A stretch of 64,000 nt of DNA from Eubacteriales bacterium (GTDB lineage Bacteria > Bacillota > Clostridia > Oscillospirales > CAG-272): the NCBI GenBank assembly GCA_045632065.1, contig JAZQWA010000045.1, forward strand, positions 794 to 64,793, written 5' to 3'. The position numbers and the translations under genes are program-made. Below are positions 39,893-49,599 of the stretch, in pieces. Every line of letters starts with the position of its first letter. The first letter of the stretch is position 1. Below the pieces are notes generated by a model. It was given only the letters and a program-made list of their open reading frames with translations. It did no database searches and was not told the DNA's origin.

Positions 39893-42307
39893 TCACGTTA
39901 GAGTTGTGGCAGGGATTGATGCGTAAGCCCTTACGCAGTAGATGCCATTGTTAACCAATGTAATTATAATTTTGTCACCTCTTGAAATCTCACCGGATAC
40001 TATCATTTTCGCAAGGACATTTTCTATTTTTGAAGTTATTATTCTATTGATTGGTCGCGCTCCAAATCCCTTTTGCTTTGCTTCTTCGGCAATAAAATCA
40101 TATACTTTATCTTCAATTTTTATTAAGATGCCGTTTTCTTTTAGGCGAGTTGAAATTTCTGATATCTTGTTTTTTGCGATTTGTTTTAAGGCAGAATGGT
40201 TTAACGGCTGGAAAAGTATTATTTCTTCTATTCTATTAATTAACTCATCCTTGAAGCTTCCTCTTAGCCTTTCGTGTATCGAGTCTTTGCTTGTATTATT
40301 CATAAATCCGAGTGCTTTTGAGCCACTCAAATTATTTTCTCCAATATTTGAGGTCATTATAATATATGTGTTTTTAAAGCTGATTTTTCTGCCTGTTGCA
40401 TCGGTTAAATAGCCGTTATCAAATATTTGGAGAAGTAACGATAACACATCTGGATGCGCTTTTTCAATTTCGTCAAGCAATACTACTGAATAGGGATGCT
40501 TCCTTATCTGCTCGAGCGCAGAATTTTGTTCATCATAGCCAACATAACCCGGCGCAGAGCCGATAAACTTTGAAATTGAATAGCTTTCAGAAAATTCGGA
40601 CATATCATACCTTATGAGCGATTCCTCTGATTTGAATAATTCTGATGCGAGAGCTTTTGCAAGAGCTGTTTTGCCTACACCACTTTCACCCAAGAATAAG
40701 AAAATTCCTCGTGGCTTATCAGGATAATTTATTCCTGCGTAACTTCTAATAACAGCTTCCGAGAGAAGTCGTACCGCGTCATTTTGACCTATGACTTTAC
40801 TTGAAAGTCTGTCATAAATTTCTAAACATTCCTTTTTACAAGTAGAATCGAGATTTATTCCGGTCATTTCCGAGAGGATGGCTGCTACCTCTTGTTCTGT
40901 TACGATAGCTTTGGTATTTTTTTGATTCAACGATAGGTTTTCCTCGGCTAATTCCGCCGAGCACACCCGCTCAAGTTCCTTTAAGCTGATAGCAAGCTCA
41001 AAATCCTGATTATCAACAGCATTCTTCTTGTCTAAAGAAATCTGCCTCATCTTTTCTCTTAAATCCTTGGTCTTTTCGCTCTCGTGATTACATTTAACGC
41101 TTGCCATTGCGCATGCTTCATCTAATAAATCTATCGCTTTATCAGGCAGAAATCTGTCTTGTATATATCTTTTTGAAAGCTTTACAGAAGCATCAATTGC
41201 TGATTTATCGATTATTACGTTATGATGATTTTCATACTTCTCTCTGATTCCGTTTAGGATATTTATTGTCGCCTCGGGGGTAGGTTCTTCGATTATTACA
41301 GGCTGAAAACGCCTTTCCAAAGCCCCATCCTTCTCGATATATTTTCTATATTCTGCAAGGGTGGTAGCTCCAATCAATTGTATATCACCTCTTGAAAGCT
41401 CAGGCTTCATAATATTTGCTGCATCAATCGCTCCTTCTGCCGCTCCGGCTCCTACAATAGTATGGATTTCGTCTATAAATAAAATGATTGACTTGTTTTT
41501 TGAGACCTCTTGCATTATATTTTTGATTCTTTCCTCAAAATCACCTCTATACTTTGCGCCTGCAACCATTGAGGTTAAATCAAGTGAAAATATTATTTTA
41601 CCATAAAGACTTGTTGGGACGTTGCCGTCATATATCCTTTTTGCAAGTCCCTCGACAATGGCTGTTTTTCCAACCCCTGCTTCTCCAATGAGGCAGGGGT
41701 TGTTTTTGCTTCTTCTGGATAAAATTCTGATTACGCGATCGGTTTCTTTTTCGCGACCAATTACAGGGTCCAGTTTTCCTTGCTCTGCAAGCTTTGATAT
41801 GTTTTTTCCATACTTTATAAGGTTGGGAATAGCTGTGTCCGCCACAGGCTCTGCAAATATAATCCCTCTCTCACAGCTTCTTAGAAAGGTCACTATATCA
41901 TCTTTTATTGAAATCGTGTCTGCCTCGATTTTTGTTAGGATTTTTGATGCTACGCACTCCCGTTCTTCCAAAATTGCAAGTAATATATGTTCTGTTCCTA
42001 TCTTCTGAGCCGAGTATTTTTTTGTGATTTTATAGGAATTTTCAAGAATTTTTCTGCATTTCGGAGTGGTATCCTTCGACGTAAGCTTGCTTACCGCTCC
42101 AATTCCTGAATATTCCTTGATTGCGACCGTGATTTTATCTTCGGTGACCTTATTCTTTTTTAACAGAATATATGCGCAGGACGTATCATCCTGCATAAGA
42201 GCAAGCAAAATATGCTCGCTTCCGATGTAAGTATGACCCAATTCCTCTGCAACGCTAACAGCTTTGTTTAATGCGTTTTCTGCTTTTATTGTAAAATTAT
42301 TGCTCAT
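39893..42307 (-). CDS. clpC: ATP-dependent Clp protease ATP-binding subunit ClpC-like (class I Hsp100)
   Basis: Clp_N repeats and two AAA+ modules (GEAGVGKTA, GESGVGKTA). Confidence 0.9.
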   Translation of the reverse strand: MSNNFTIKAENALNKAVSVAEELGHTYIGSEHILLALMQDDTSCAYILLKKNKVTEDKITVAIKEYSGIGAVSKLTSKDTTPKCRKILENSYKITKKYSAQKIGTEHILLAILEERECVASKILTKIEADTISIKDDIVTFLRSCERGIIFAEPVADTAIPNLIKYGKNISKLAEQGKLDPVIGREKETDRVIRILSRRSKNNPCLIGEAGVGKTAIVEGLAKRIYDGNVPTSLYGKIIFSLDLTSMVAGAKYRGDFEERIKNIMQEVSKNKSIILFIDEIHTIVGAGAAEGAIDAANIMKPELSRGDIQLIGATTLAEYRKYIEKDGALERRFQPVIIEEPTPEATINILNGIREKYENHHNVIIDKSAIDASVKLSKRYIQDRFLPDKAIDLLDEACAMASVKCNHESEKTKDLREKMRQISLDKKNAVDNQDFELAISLKELERVCSAELAEENLSLNQKNTKAIVTEQEVAAILSEMTGINLDSTCKKECLEIYDRLSSKVIGQNDAVRLLSEAVIRSYAGINYPDKPRGIFLFLGESGVGKTALAKALASELFKSEESLIRYDMSEFSESYSISKFIGSAPGYVGYDEQNSALEQIRKHPYSVVLLDEIEKAHPDVLSLLLQIFDNGYLTDATGRKISFKNTYIIMTSNIGENNLSGSKALGFMNNTSKDSIHERLRGSFKDELINRIEEIILFQPLNHSALKQIAKNKISEISTRLKENGILIKIEDKVYDFIAEEAKQKGFGARPINRIITSKIENVLAKMIVSGEISRGDKIIITLVNNGIYCVRAYASIPATTLT

Positions 42308-42371
42308 TTTTACAGTACCTTTCAGTATTTTCCATTAAATTCTTCCCAAAGCATTGCAAAATAGTCATTAC

Positions 42372-42884
42372 TTAAATAATATATTTTGGTTTGTTAATAG
42401 AATTCAAGTCATTCATTATTCTGAAATAAAGCTCTTCATCTATCAACTCCGCTTCTTCTAACAAGTATATTTTACGCAGTAAATATATTCCGTTTTTCGT
42501 CTCTTCATTGTAAAAGTTCGACTCTCGTATTCTGTGCGTTAGTCCGTAATAATCTAAAAGATTTGCCATAGCGCGATGGATTTGAATTAAGCCGTCAGAG
42601 CGAGAGCCTGGAAGAATAGGGAACAGAATGAATGCAGAAACCTTTTCACGTATGCTTTTATTAAGTTTTTCTGATAAATACTGATTATATAAAAGCTCAA
42701 GTGTGGCTTCATCCACGATTCCGGTTATTTCAAGTTGGTTTTTTCGTTGAAAATTACTTACAGATTTTTTTGTTCTTTCATCAAATATTCCCGTTGGAGC
42801 AACAGAATCGGCATTTCTCTCAATACCCATTAAAAATCTTTGTATCTGCTCGGTTAAAGCTTTTTTATCATAAACTCTGTACAT
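42372..42884 (-). CDS. Small protein with peptidoglycan-binding (PG_binding_1-like) repeats
   Basis: GIFDERTKKSVSNFQRKNQLEITGIVDEATLELL. It starts 11 nt after the upstream SleC-like gene. Confidence 0.55.
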   Translation of the reverse strand: MYRVYDKKALTEQIQRFLMGIERNADSVAPTGIFDERTKKSVSNFQRKNQLEITGIVDEATLELLYNQYLSEKLNKSIREKVSAFILFPILPGSRSDGLIQIHRAMANLLDYYGLTHRIRESNFYNEETKNGIYLLRKIYLLEEAELIDEELYFRIMNDLNSINKPKYII

Positions 42885-42895
42885 AATACGCCCCC

Positions 42896-44290
42896 TTAAC
42901 CTATTTCATATCCGGGATACTGTCCCTCATTCACCGAATTTCCAACGTAGAGGTCGTCGTATATATTAGCAATTGAATTCCATGCAGGCGCATTAACCCT
43001 GTCGGGCGCGCCGGGGATATCAAAGATTTCTTTAAATTGCCTTACTTGCTCGGCTGTTGAAGGGCCAAAAACGCCGTCAACGTTCACCTTTGGTATTTCG
43101 GGGTAGGTATTTGCTATATAATTGAGATATTCCTGCAAAACACGTACGTCATTTCCTTCGATTCCCTCTCTTAAAACTCTGCCCGGAAAGGGAAGAATAC
43201 GTCCGCCGTAAAATTCAAAGTCAATTTGCGATACAATGCTGTAATAGACGTCCTCTATCTTATCCCATGTTTGTCTGTCAACAACACCTGTTTCTTCAAG
43301 ACCGTAGGTACGTTGAAATGAACGCACTGCATTGGTTGTGGCTGGGCCGTAGGAGCCGTCAAGCGCTGCAGCAACCACAGTTGGAACAAACAGGGCAATA
43401 TAGCTCAAAAAATATTGAATATTCAAAACTCCATCACCGCTTGAACCCTCTGATAAGGTTTCTGTATATCTTGTTGTTACGTCAGAAACTCGCAATCCCT
43501 CTGAATTTACGGTAAATAGCTTCTTTACCGCATTGTAAATAAACTGAATCTGATTCCAGGTTGCTCGCCCAACAAGTCCATCAACGTCAAGGTTAAATAC
43601 CTCTTGGAATTTTCTTACAGCGGCTGTTGTTGACGGTCCGTAAAAGCCGTCGGCGGGGGAAATCTTTGGAATTCCAGGAAAATTTGCCGAAATTCTGTTT
43701 AGTTTTCTTTGAATCAGCTCAACGTCTCTGCCTGTGTCCCCCTCACGCAGTGTAACCGCAGGGGCGCTTGCCACAACGTTTTCAACAGGTACGTTTTGTT
43801 CAAGAACAATATTGTCACCATAGTAATTTTGCAGTATAGAAAAATAGTCAAGACCGTCCTCTGCAAGCGAAACGCTACCCCATTGCTCAAGTCCGTTGCA
43901 TTGAATCTCGACACCGTCGCAGAATTCAGCAAACAAAGGCTCTATGAATCCATCTCGCCTTATGTAACTATCAAAAATTTCATCGACAATCTCTGATACG
44001 TTTGAAAATATATCTCTTTGGTAAACGTATGTCTGGTCGTATGCTGGGGAATTCGTTATATCAAAATTATAACCTTTACTTCTGTAAAATTCGGTGTAAA
44101 CTCTATTCAACGCAACCGAAATCTGAGCAATAACGTTAGCCTTTATTGCCTCCTCGGGCCAGGTAGGGAAGATTTCGCTTGATGCTACGTTCTTTATGTA
44201 ATCGGGAAAGCTTTCGGTTACGTTTATAGCATCAGAATCAGGCGCTCCAAGATGCACGACAATCTGTTCTGGAATTACTGGATTTGGCAT
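42896..44290 (-). CDS. SleC-like spore cortex-lytic enzyme, catalytic module plus three PG_binding_1 repeats
   Basis: By eye, the N-terminal ~170 aa (IPEQIVVHLG..., FPDYIKNVASSEIFPTWPEEAIKANVIAQISVALNRVYTEFYRSKGYNFDIT) resembles mature clostridial SleC. Three G.YG..T..AV..FQ...L..DG.VG..TW repeats follow. Confidence 0.65.
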   Translation of the reverse strand: MPNPVIPEQIVVHLGAPDSDAINVTESFPDYIKNVASSEIFPTWPEEAIKANVIAQISVALNRVYTEFYRSKGYNFDITNSPAYDQTYVYQRDIFSNVSEIVDEIFDSYIRRDGFIEPLFAEFCDGVEIQCNGLEQWGSVSLAEDGLDYFSILQNYYGDNIVLEQNVPVENVVASAPAVTLREGDTGRDVELIQRKLNRISANFPGIPKISPADGFYGPSTTAAVRKFQEVFNLDVDGLVGRATWNQIQFIYNAVKKLFTVNSEGLRVSDVTTRYTETLSEGSSGDGVLNIQYFLSYIALFVPTVVAAALDGSYGPATTNAVRSFQRTYGLEETGVVDRQTWDKIEDVYYSIVSQIDFEFYGGRILPFPGRVLREGIEGNDVRVLQEYLNYIANTYPEIPKVNVDGVFGPSTAEQVRQFKEIFDIPGAPDRVNAPAWNSIANIYDDLYVGNSVNEGQYPGYEIG

Positions 44291-44303
44291 ATTTTACTCC
44301 TTC

Positions 44304-44705
44304 TCAAAGCTGATCATTTTCGGGAATGTCAGCGTTTATATTGTTTCGAGGATAATCCTCAATTGGACGGCTACCCTCGGGAATCATATTGATAAGCTGC
44401 ACTGACTCAATCCCCGAGAATACGGACAATCCATTTATATTCTTGCTGTAATAACCAGGGGCGGTTATTTCAATATCATATAAAGCATAAGGCTTTTCGC
44501 TTGGCGACGGTGATAATGAAAAATTCACATCAGGGGCGGGAAGCGCCACAGATTCCGTAAGTCCGTCTCTGTCTGTCATCAGTGAATATGATACAAGTCT
44601 GTTATCCTCCTCTGCGCCCATAATTCTTACTGTTGCGCCCTCAATAGGCAAAGCGCCCCCTGCGGTATATGCCCGTATTCTTATCCTTCCTTCAGAAGTT
44701 AACAT
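44304..44705 (-). CDS. SleC N-terminal pro-domain-like protein (carboxypeptidase-regulatory-like beta sandwich) encoded as a separate gene
   Basis: IRIRAY...PIEGATVRI...TDRDGLTESVALPAPDVNFSLSPSP..PYALYDIEITAPGY resembles the SleC pre-pro region. It has its own stop, and a GAAGGAG RBS follows for the next gene. Confidence 0.55.
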   Translation of the reverse strand: MLTSEGRIRIRAYTAGGALPIEGATVRIMGAEEDNRLVSYSLMTDRDGLTESVALPAPDVNFSLSPSPSEKPYALYDIEITAPGYYSKNINGLSVFSGIESVQLINMIPEGSRPIEDYPRNNINADIPENDQL

Positions 44706-44745
44706 TGTAATACCTCCAAAAATAAAAAAATATTTTATTTATTTG

Positions 44746-44774
44746 TTGACATTATAGATATTTTGTTATATAAT
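44746..44774 (+). promoter_or_regulatory. Consensus sigma-70 promoter for prs
   Basis: TTGACA, 17 bp spacer, TATAAT. Confidence 0.6.
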
Positions 44775-44881
44775 ATACGCATATTGTTGTTTTTTGTTCT
44801 ATTTGGCTTGATGCCTGCGTTTTATGGGACATAACAACGATAATAGAATTGAAAAACAAAGGATATTACGGAGCAGAAGGT

Positions 44882-45997
44882 ATGAAAGAAACACTTTATG
44901 GAGAGCTTAGTGTAATCGGCATGCGCGGTTGCGAGGATTTTGCCGAACAGGTTGATTATTATCTTAAGGATTGGCGCCGTCACGATATGGACGGTTCATT
45001 CCTTGTAGATTCATCATGTCCCAGATTTGGCAGCGGTGAAGCAAAGGGTACTATTCACCAGTCAATGAGAGGAAATGATGTATATATTATATGCGACGTG
45101 TTCAATCACGGTGTTACCTATGATATGTATGGCAAAACAGTTCCTATGAGTCCTGATGATCATTTCCAGGACCTTAAGAGAACCATTGGCGCTATCGGCG
45201 GTAAAGCTCGTAGAATCAGCGTTATTATGCCCATGCTTTACGAGGGCAGACAGCACAAGAGATCAGGACGTGAGTCTCTCGACTGCGCTCTTGCGCTTCA
45301 GGAGCTTGTAAATATGGGAGTTACCAACCTCATTACCTTTGACGCTCATGACCCCAGAGTTCAGAATGCTATTCCTTTACACGGATTTGAGGATGTTCGT
45401 TCCTCTTATCAGATGATTAAGGCAATGCTTCGCAGATATCCTGATATTGAAATAGATCCCGAGAACACTATGATTATATCTCCCGATGAGGGCGGTATGG
45501 GTAAGTGCATGTACTATTCTTCCGTTATGGGAATAGACCTCGGTATGTTCTACAAGAGACGTGACTACTCCGTTATTGTAAATGGAAAGAACCCCATTGT
45601 TGCTCATGAATATCTTGGAAGAGATGTTAAGGGCAAGGATGTTATTATCGTTGACGATATGATCTCCTCTGGCGAATCTGTAATTGACGTTGCAAAGCAG
45701 CTTAAAGATAAGGGCGCAAAGAGAATATTCGTATTCGCTACCTTTGGTCTTTTCTGTAACGGTCTTGAGAACCTTGACAAGGCCTTTGAGGAAGGCGTTA
45801 TTAACCAAATATTCACTACGAACCTTGTTTACAGAACACCCGAGCTTCTTGCGCGTGAGTGGTACACAGAGGTAAATATGTGCAAATACGTTGCATATAT
45901 TATCGATACACTTAATCATGACAGAACAATCAGCAATCTCCTTGATCAGTCCAAGAAGATTCGTGTTATTCTTGATAAGCACGTATCTAAGAAATAA
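44882..45997 (+). CDS. prs: Ribose-phosphate pyrophosphokinase (long form)
   Basis: PRPP-binding loop VIIVDDMISSGESV and N-terminal Pribosyltran_N-like features. The ATG at 44882 is preferred over the TTG at 44849. Confidence 0.8.
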   Translation: MKETLYGELSVIGMRGCEDFAEQVDYYLKDWRRHDMDGSFLVDSSCPRFGSGEAKGTIHQSMRGNDVYIICDVFNHGVTYDMYGKTVPMSPDDHFQDLKRTIGAIGGKARRISVIMPMLYEGRQHKRSGRESLDCALALQELVNMGVTNLITFDAHDPRVQNAIPLHGFEDVRSSYQMIKAMLRRYPDIEIDPENTMIISPDEGGMGKCMYYSSVMGIDLGMFYKRRDYSVIVNGKNPIVAHEYLGRDVKGKDVIIVDDMISSGESVIDVAKQLKDKGAKRIFVFATFGLFCNGLENLDKAFEEGVINQIFTTNLVYRTPELLAREWYTEVNMCKYVAYIIDTLNHDRTISNLLDQSKKIRVILDKHVSKK

Positions 45998-46062
45998 ATT
46001 TTATGGCTGTGGAGTATTGTTTATGCAATACTCCGCCTGCTTTTAAGAAAGGTAATAACTTA

Positions 46063-46482
46063 ATGAGAATAACTCTTGAATCTGATTATGCGTTAAGAAT
46101 AATTACTGCAATGGCGGGATATGACACAATTAAAGATGCGAAAACAATATCCACCGACACCTCAGTTACACAAAGATTTACTCTAAAAATTCTACATAAG
46201 CTTGTAGTTGGAGATATAGTGCAGTCCTATAAGGGCGCAAACGGTGGTTATAAGCTGAAAATAAAGCCCGAGGAAATCACCTTAAGACGTGTAATAGAGC
46301 TTATTGACGGGCCCATTGCAATTGCAAGATGTCTTGAAAGCAGTGAGGCTTGTGCTCTTAACTGTGATAAAACTGCCTGCATTTATCATCACATTTTTGA
46401 TGATATCAGTATACAGCTTGCAAAAAAACTTGAAAACATAACCATTCAGGACGTTATAAATAAAAATTACAGCTTAACCTAA
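46063..46482 (+). CDS. Rrf2-family transcriptional regulator
   Basis: MRITLESDYALRII... winged helix with a Cys cluster (C..C....C). Start set at the internal ATG. Confidence 0.8.
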   Translation: MRITLESDYALRIITAMAGYDTIKDAKTISTDTSVTQRFTLKILHKLVVGDIVQSYKGANGGYKLKIKPEEITLRRVIELIDGPIAIARCLESSEACALNCDKTACIYHHIFDDISIQLAKKLENITIQDVINKNYSLT

Positions 46483-46492
46483 GGAGGTTTTT

Positions 46493-47515
46493 ATGTATTA
46501 TACTACTTCAACCGTTTCTTTCCCCGGACTCGGCATAGGTGAGTTTGAGGTTAACAGAATCGCATTTACACTGTTTGGCAGAGAAATTGCGTGGTATGCC
46601 TTGATAATTGTCATGGGAATGATTGCGGCGGTTATTTACACTACTGTTCAGGCGAAGAAAATTGGCGTTACATTTGATGATATTATCGATTTCGCGCTAT
46701 TCACAATTCCCATTGGAGTAATAGGCGCGCGAGCTTATTACGTGCTTTCCGAGATTGAACAGTATGACAGCTTTTTAGAGGCTATAAATATCGCTAATGG
46801 CGGTCTTGCGATTTATGGTGGTATTATTGCAGGTGGACTTACCGTTCTTGCCGTTTCTATTTACAAAAAAATCAATTTCCTGGCTCTTGCAGACTGCGTA
46901 GCTCCAGGCGTTCTTTTAGCGCAGGGTATTGGAAGATGGGGTAACTTTATGAATGGCGAAGCATTCGGAGCGCAAACCGATTGGTTCTGCCGCATGGGAC
47001 TTGATAACTCTCTTACTTACGAAACATTCGGAGAAGCCGAGATGGTTTTCGTACATCCTTGCTTCCTTTATGAGTCCATATGGAATCTTCTCGGTGTGCT
47101 TTTAGTATATTTGTTTGGAAGATTTATTCATAAGAAATATGACGGTCAGCAGTTCCTTATGATTTTTGCTTGGTATGGATTCGGACGTGGGTTCATTGAA
47201 GGCTTACGCACCGACTCGCTTTATTTCATGAAAGATTTGCTTGGTGAAACCATCAGAGTTTCTCAGGTGCTTGGCTTTGCAATTTTCCTTGTATGCGCTG
47301 CATTTCTTATTTTCTTTGCAATCAAAAAGCCGAGCAAGCCTTTCTATTACAAGCCTGCTCCTGTTTTGGATAAAAAGGGTAAGCCTGTTAAGGAGGATAA
47401 CGGATTCGTTATTCTTTGGAATAAGGCTCAGACTTGGCTCAAGGAACGTAAAAACGCTGAGTCGGCAGGGGATAACAAGACCCAAAATGACGATAATAAA
47501 TCAGAGGATAACTGA
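46493..47515 (+). CDS. lgt: Prolipoprotein diacylglyceryl transferase
   Basis: IAWYALIIVMG and GRWGNFMNGEAFG signatures, with a Lys/Asp-rich tail. Confidence 0.92.
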   Translation: MYYTTSTVSFPGLGIGEFEVNRIAFTLFGREIAWYALIIVMGMIAAVIYTTVQAKKIGVTFDDIIDFALFTIPIGVIGARAYYVLSEIEQYDSFLEAINIANGGLAIYGGIIAGGLTVLAVSIYKKINFLALADCVAPGVLLAQGIGRWGNFMNGEAFGAQTDWFCRMGLDNSLTYETFGEAEMVFVHPCFLYESIWNLLGVLLVYLFGRFIHKKYDGQQFLMIFAWYGFGRGFIEGLRTDSLYFMKDLLGETIRVSQVLGFAIFLVCAAFLIFFAIKKPSKPFYYKPAPVLDKKGKPVKEDNGFVILWNKAQTWLKERKNAESAGDNKTQNDDNKSEDN

Positions 47516-47519
47516 TTTT

Positions 47520-48368
47520 ATGACTATTATTGATGGAAAAGAAGTATCTGCCAAATTAAGGCAGGATATAAAGCTTCAGGTGGAAGAATTTACAAGCAGT
47601 ACAGGTAAAACACCGGGTCTCGCAGTAATTCTCGTGGGTAACAATCCCGCATCTGCTGTTTATGTAAGAAACAAGCACAAGGCATGCCTTGAGACAGGAA
47701 TAAACTCTTATCAAATTGAGCTTCCTGAGGCAATTAGTGAAGATGAGCTTTTGTTAAAAATTGACGAGCTTAACGCTGATAGCAATGTAAACGGCATACT
47801 TGTTCAGCTACCTTTGCCAAGGCACATTTCCGAGGAAAAGGTAATTAACAGAATATCTCCCGAAAAGGACGTTGATGCATTCCACCCTCAAAACGTTGGC
47901 AAAATAATGATTGGCAGCTATTCATTTCTTCCATGCACTCCTGCAGGAATTATGGAGCTTCTGAATTATTACAACGTAGAGGTTGAATCAAAGAGCTGTG
48001 TTGTAATTGGCAGGAGCAATATTGTTGGAAAGCCCATGGCGCACCTTTTGCTCGAGAAAAACGGCACCGTTACAGTTTGTCATTCGAGAACAAAGGGGCT
48101 AAAGGAAATTTGCCTTGGCGCTGATATTATTGTTGTTGCTATCGGCAAGCCTGAGTTTCTCACCGCAGATATGGTAAAGCCCGGCGCAGTTGTAATTGAC
48201 GTCGGAATTAACCGCCTTGACGATGGTAGACTTGTTGGCGACGTTGCATTTGATGATGTCAGCAAGGTTGCATCAATGATTACGCCTGTTCCCGGTGGCG
48301 TCGGTCCAATGACTATAACAATGCTGTTAAAAAACACGTTAACAGCTGCAAAAAATCAAATTAATTAA
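47520..48368 (+). CDS. folD: Bifunctional methylenetetrahydrofolate dehydrogenase/cyclohydrolase FolD
   Basis: MTIIDGKEVS..., GLAVILVGNNPAS..YVRNK, VQLPLP, GRSNIVGKP and PVPGGVGPMT. The listed start at 47241 overlaps lgt and is rejected. Confidence 0.93.
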   Translation: MTIIDGKEVSAKLRQDIKLQVEEFTSSTGKTPGLAVILVGNNPASAVYVRNKHKACLETGINSYQIELPEAISEDELLLKIDELNADSNVNGILVQLPLPRHISEEKVINRISPEKDVDAFHPQNVGKIMIGSYSFLPCTPAGIMELLNYYNVEVESKSCVVIGRSNIVGKPMAHLLLEKNGTVTVCHSRTKGLKEICLGADIIVVAIGKPEFLTADMVKPGAVVIDVGINRLDDGRLVGDVAFDDVSKVASMITPVPGGVGPMTITMLLKNTLTAAKNQIN

Positions 48369-48406
48369 TTTATTTGAAGATTTTTACATTTTTTTGATAA
48401 ATTCTA

Positions 48407-48435
48407 TTGACAAATAAATAAAAATAACTTATAAT
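48407..48435 (+). promoter_or_regulatory. Consensus sigma-70 promoter for rpsU
   Basis: TTGACA, 17 bp spacer, TATAAT. Confidence 0.65.
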
Positions 48436-48493
48436 AGTTTAGTAAAATAAATGAGATTATATCTCTTTGCAAAGCGAAGGGAGGGGAATAAAG

Positions 48494-48670
48494 ATGGCAG
48501 AAATTAGAGTAAAAGAGAATGAAACTCTCGACAACGCGCTTCGTCGTTTCAAGAGACAGTGCGTAAAGAGCGGCATCATGACCGAGCTTCGTAAGAGAGA
48601 GCATTACGAGAAGCCCAGCGTTAAGCGCAAGAAGAAGGCTGAGGCTGCAAGAAAGCGCAAGTACAAGTAA
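48494..48670 (+). CDS. rpsU: 30S ribosomal protein S21
   Basis: [23 protein letters not shown]...[19 protein letters not shown] upstream. Confidence 0.95.
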   Translation: MAEIRVKENETLDNALRRFKRQCVKSGIMTELRKREHYEKPSVKRKKKAEAARKRKYK

Positions 48671-48689
48671 TTGAATATTTGCTAAAATC

Positions 48690-48719
48690 GGACTGCTACA
48701 GAGTAGCAGTCCTTTTTTT
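48690..48719 (+). terminator. rpsU terminator
   Basis: GGACTGCTAC/GTAGCAGTCC stem followed by T7. Confidence 0.8.
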
Positions 48720-48778
48720 ACCTCAACTATTTTTTTTATAAAATGTAAATAATATATAAAAAGACTGTGAGGAATATT

Positions 48779-49564
48779 ATGAAAAGATTTTGCAAAAAAA
48801 CAATTTGTCTGATTATTTGTAGCTCAATTTTATTTATATGTATAGCATCCTCTGCAAGCGCGGAGCAAACGTGTCATTGGTATTTGAAAAGGCGAAAGGG
48901 AGACAAGCCCCTTTTTCCCAAGGAAGCAGACTTAATCAAGGAGCATAACGCATATTTTATCGATGAAACGGTTTCATCAGATGAAAATGAAAAGGTTATA
49001 TATTTGACGTTTGATGCAGGCTATGAAAATGGTAATATCGAGAAGATTCTTGATGTTTTAAAAAGTGAGAATGTACCCGCCGCATTTTTTCTGCTTGACA
49101 ATATTATATTAAAAAACACCGATTTGGTGTTAAGAATGTTTGACGAGGGGCATACGGTATGTAATCATACGAAAAATCATAAGGATTTGTCCCTTTGCTC
49201 TGCCCATGAAATATCGAGGAATCTTTCAGCCTTAGAGGTGCTTTGTGAAGAAAAAACAGGACATAAAATGTCAAAATATTTCCGTTTTCCCGAGGGGAAT
49301 TACAGTATTAACGCAATAAAAGCTGTTGATAAGCTTGGTTATAAAACAATCTTCTGGAGCTTTGCTTACGACGATTGGGATAACGGTCGTCAAATGGATA
49401 AAAGAAAGGCGTTTAGTAAGATTATAGAGGGAACTCACAACGGAGCGGTGATTCTGCTGCATCCCACGTCAGCAACCAATGCTGAAATCATGCAGGATTT
49501 AATTATAAGATGGAAAGAAATGGGATATAGATTCGGAACCCTTGACGAACTAACCTCAAAATAA
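48779..49564 (+). CDS. pdaA: Polysaccharide deacetylase, PdaA-like (delta-lactam-biosynthetic de-N-acetylase)
   Basis: Signal peptide, YLTFDAGYENG, GHTVCNHTKNH and ILLHP. Overall collinearity with B. subtilis PdaA as I remember it. Confidence 0.7.
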   Translation: MKRFCKKTICLIICSSILFICIASSASAEQTCHWYLKRRKGDKPLFPKEADLIKEHNAYFIDETVSSDENEKVIYLTFDAGYENGNIEKILDVLKSENVPAAFFLLDNIILKNTDLVLRMFDEGHTVCNHTKNHKDLSLCSAHEISRNLSALEVLCEEKTGHKMSKYFRFPEGNYSINAIKAVDKLGYKTIFWSFAYDDWDNGRQMDKRKAFSKIIEGTHNGAVILLHPTSATNAEIMQDLIIRWKEMGYRFGTLDELTSK

Positions 49565-49599
49565 AAAATAGCCTTGGACTTAGTCCAAGGCTATTTTTT
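49563..49599. terminator. Bidirectional terminator
   Basis: TAGCCTTGGAC/GTCCAAGGCTA stem with an A-run and a T-run. Confidence 0.8.

Noticed and set aside
47241-47519. N-terminal extension of the folD ORF.
   Set aside because: It overlaps lgt in another frame. Conserved FolD sequence begins at the ATG at 47520, which has an upstream GAGGA. Similar over-extensions were trimmed for ychF, dnaB, tilS, cwlD, the dacF-like gene, pdaA, prs, the Rrf2 regulator, rplK, rpsU and the lipid kinase.
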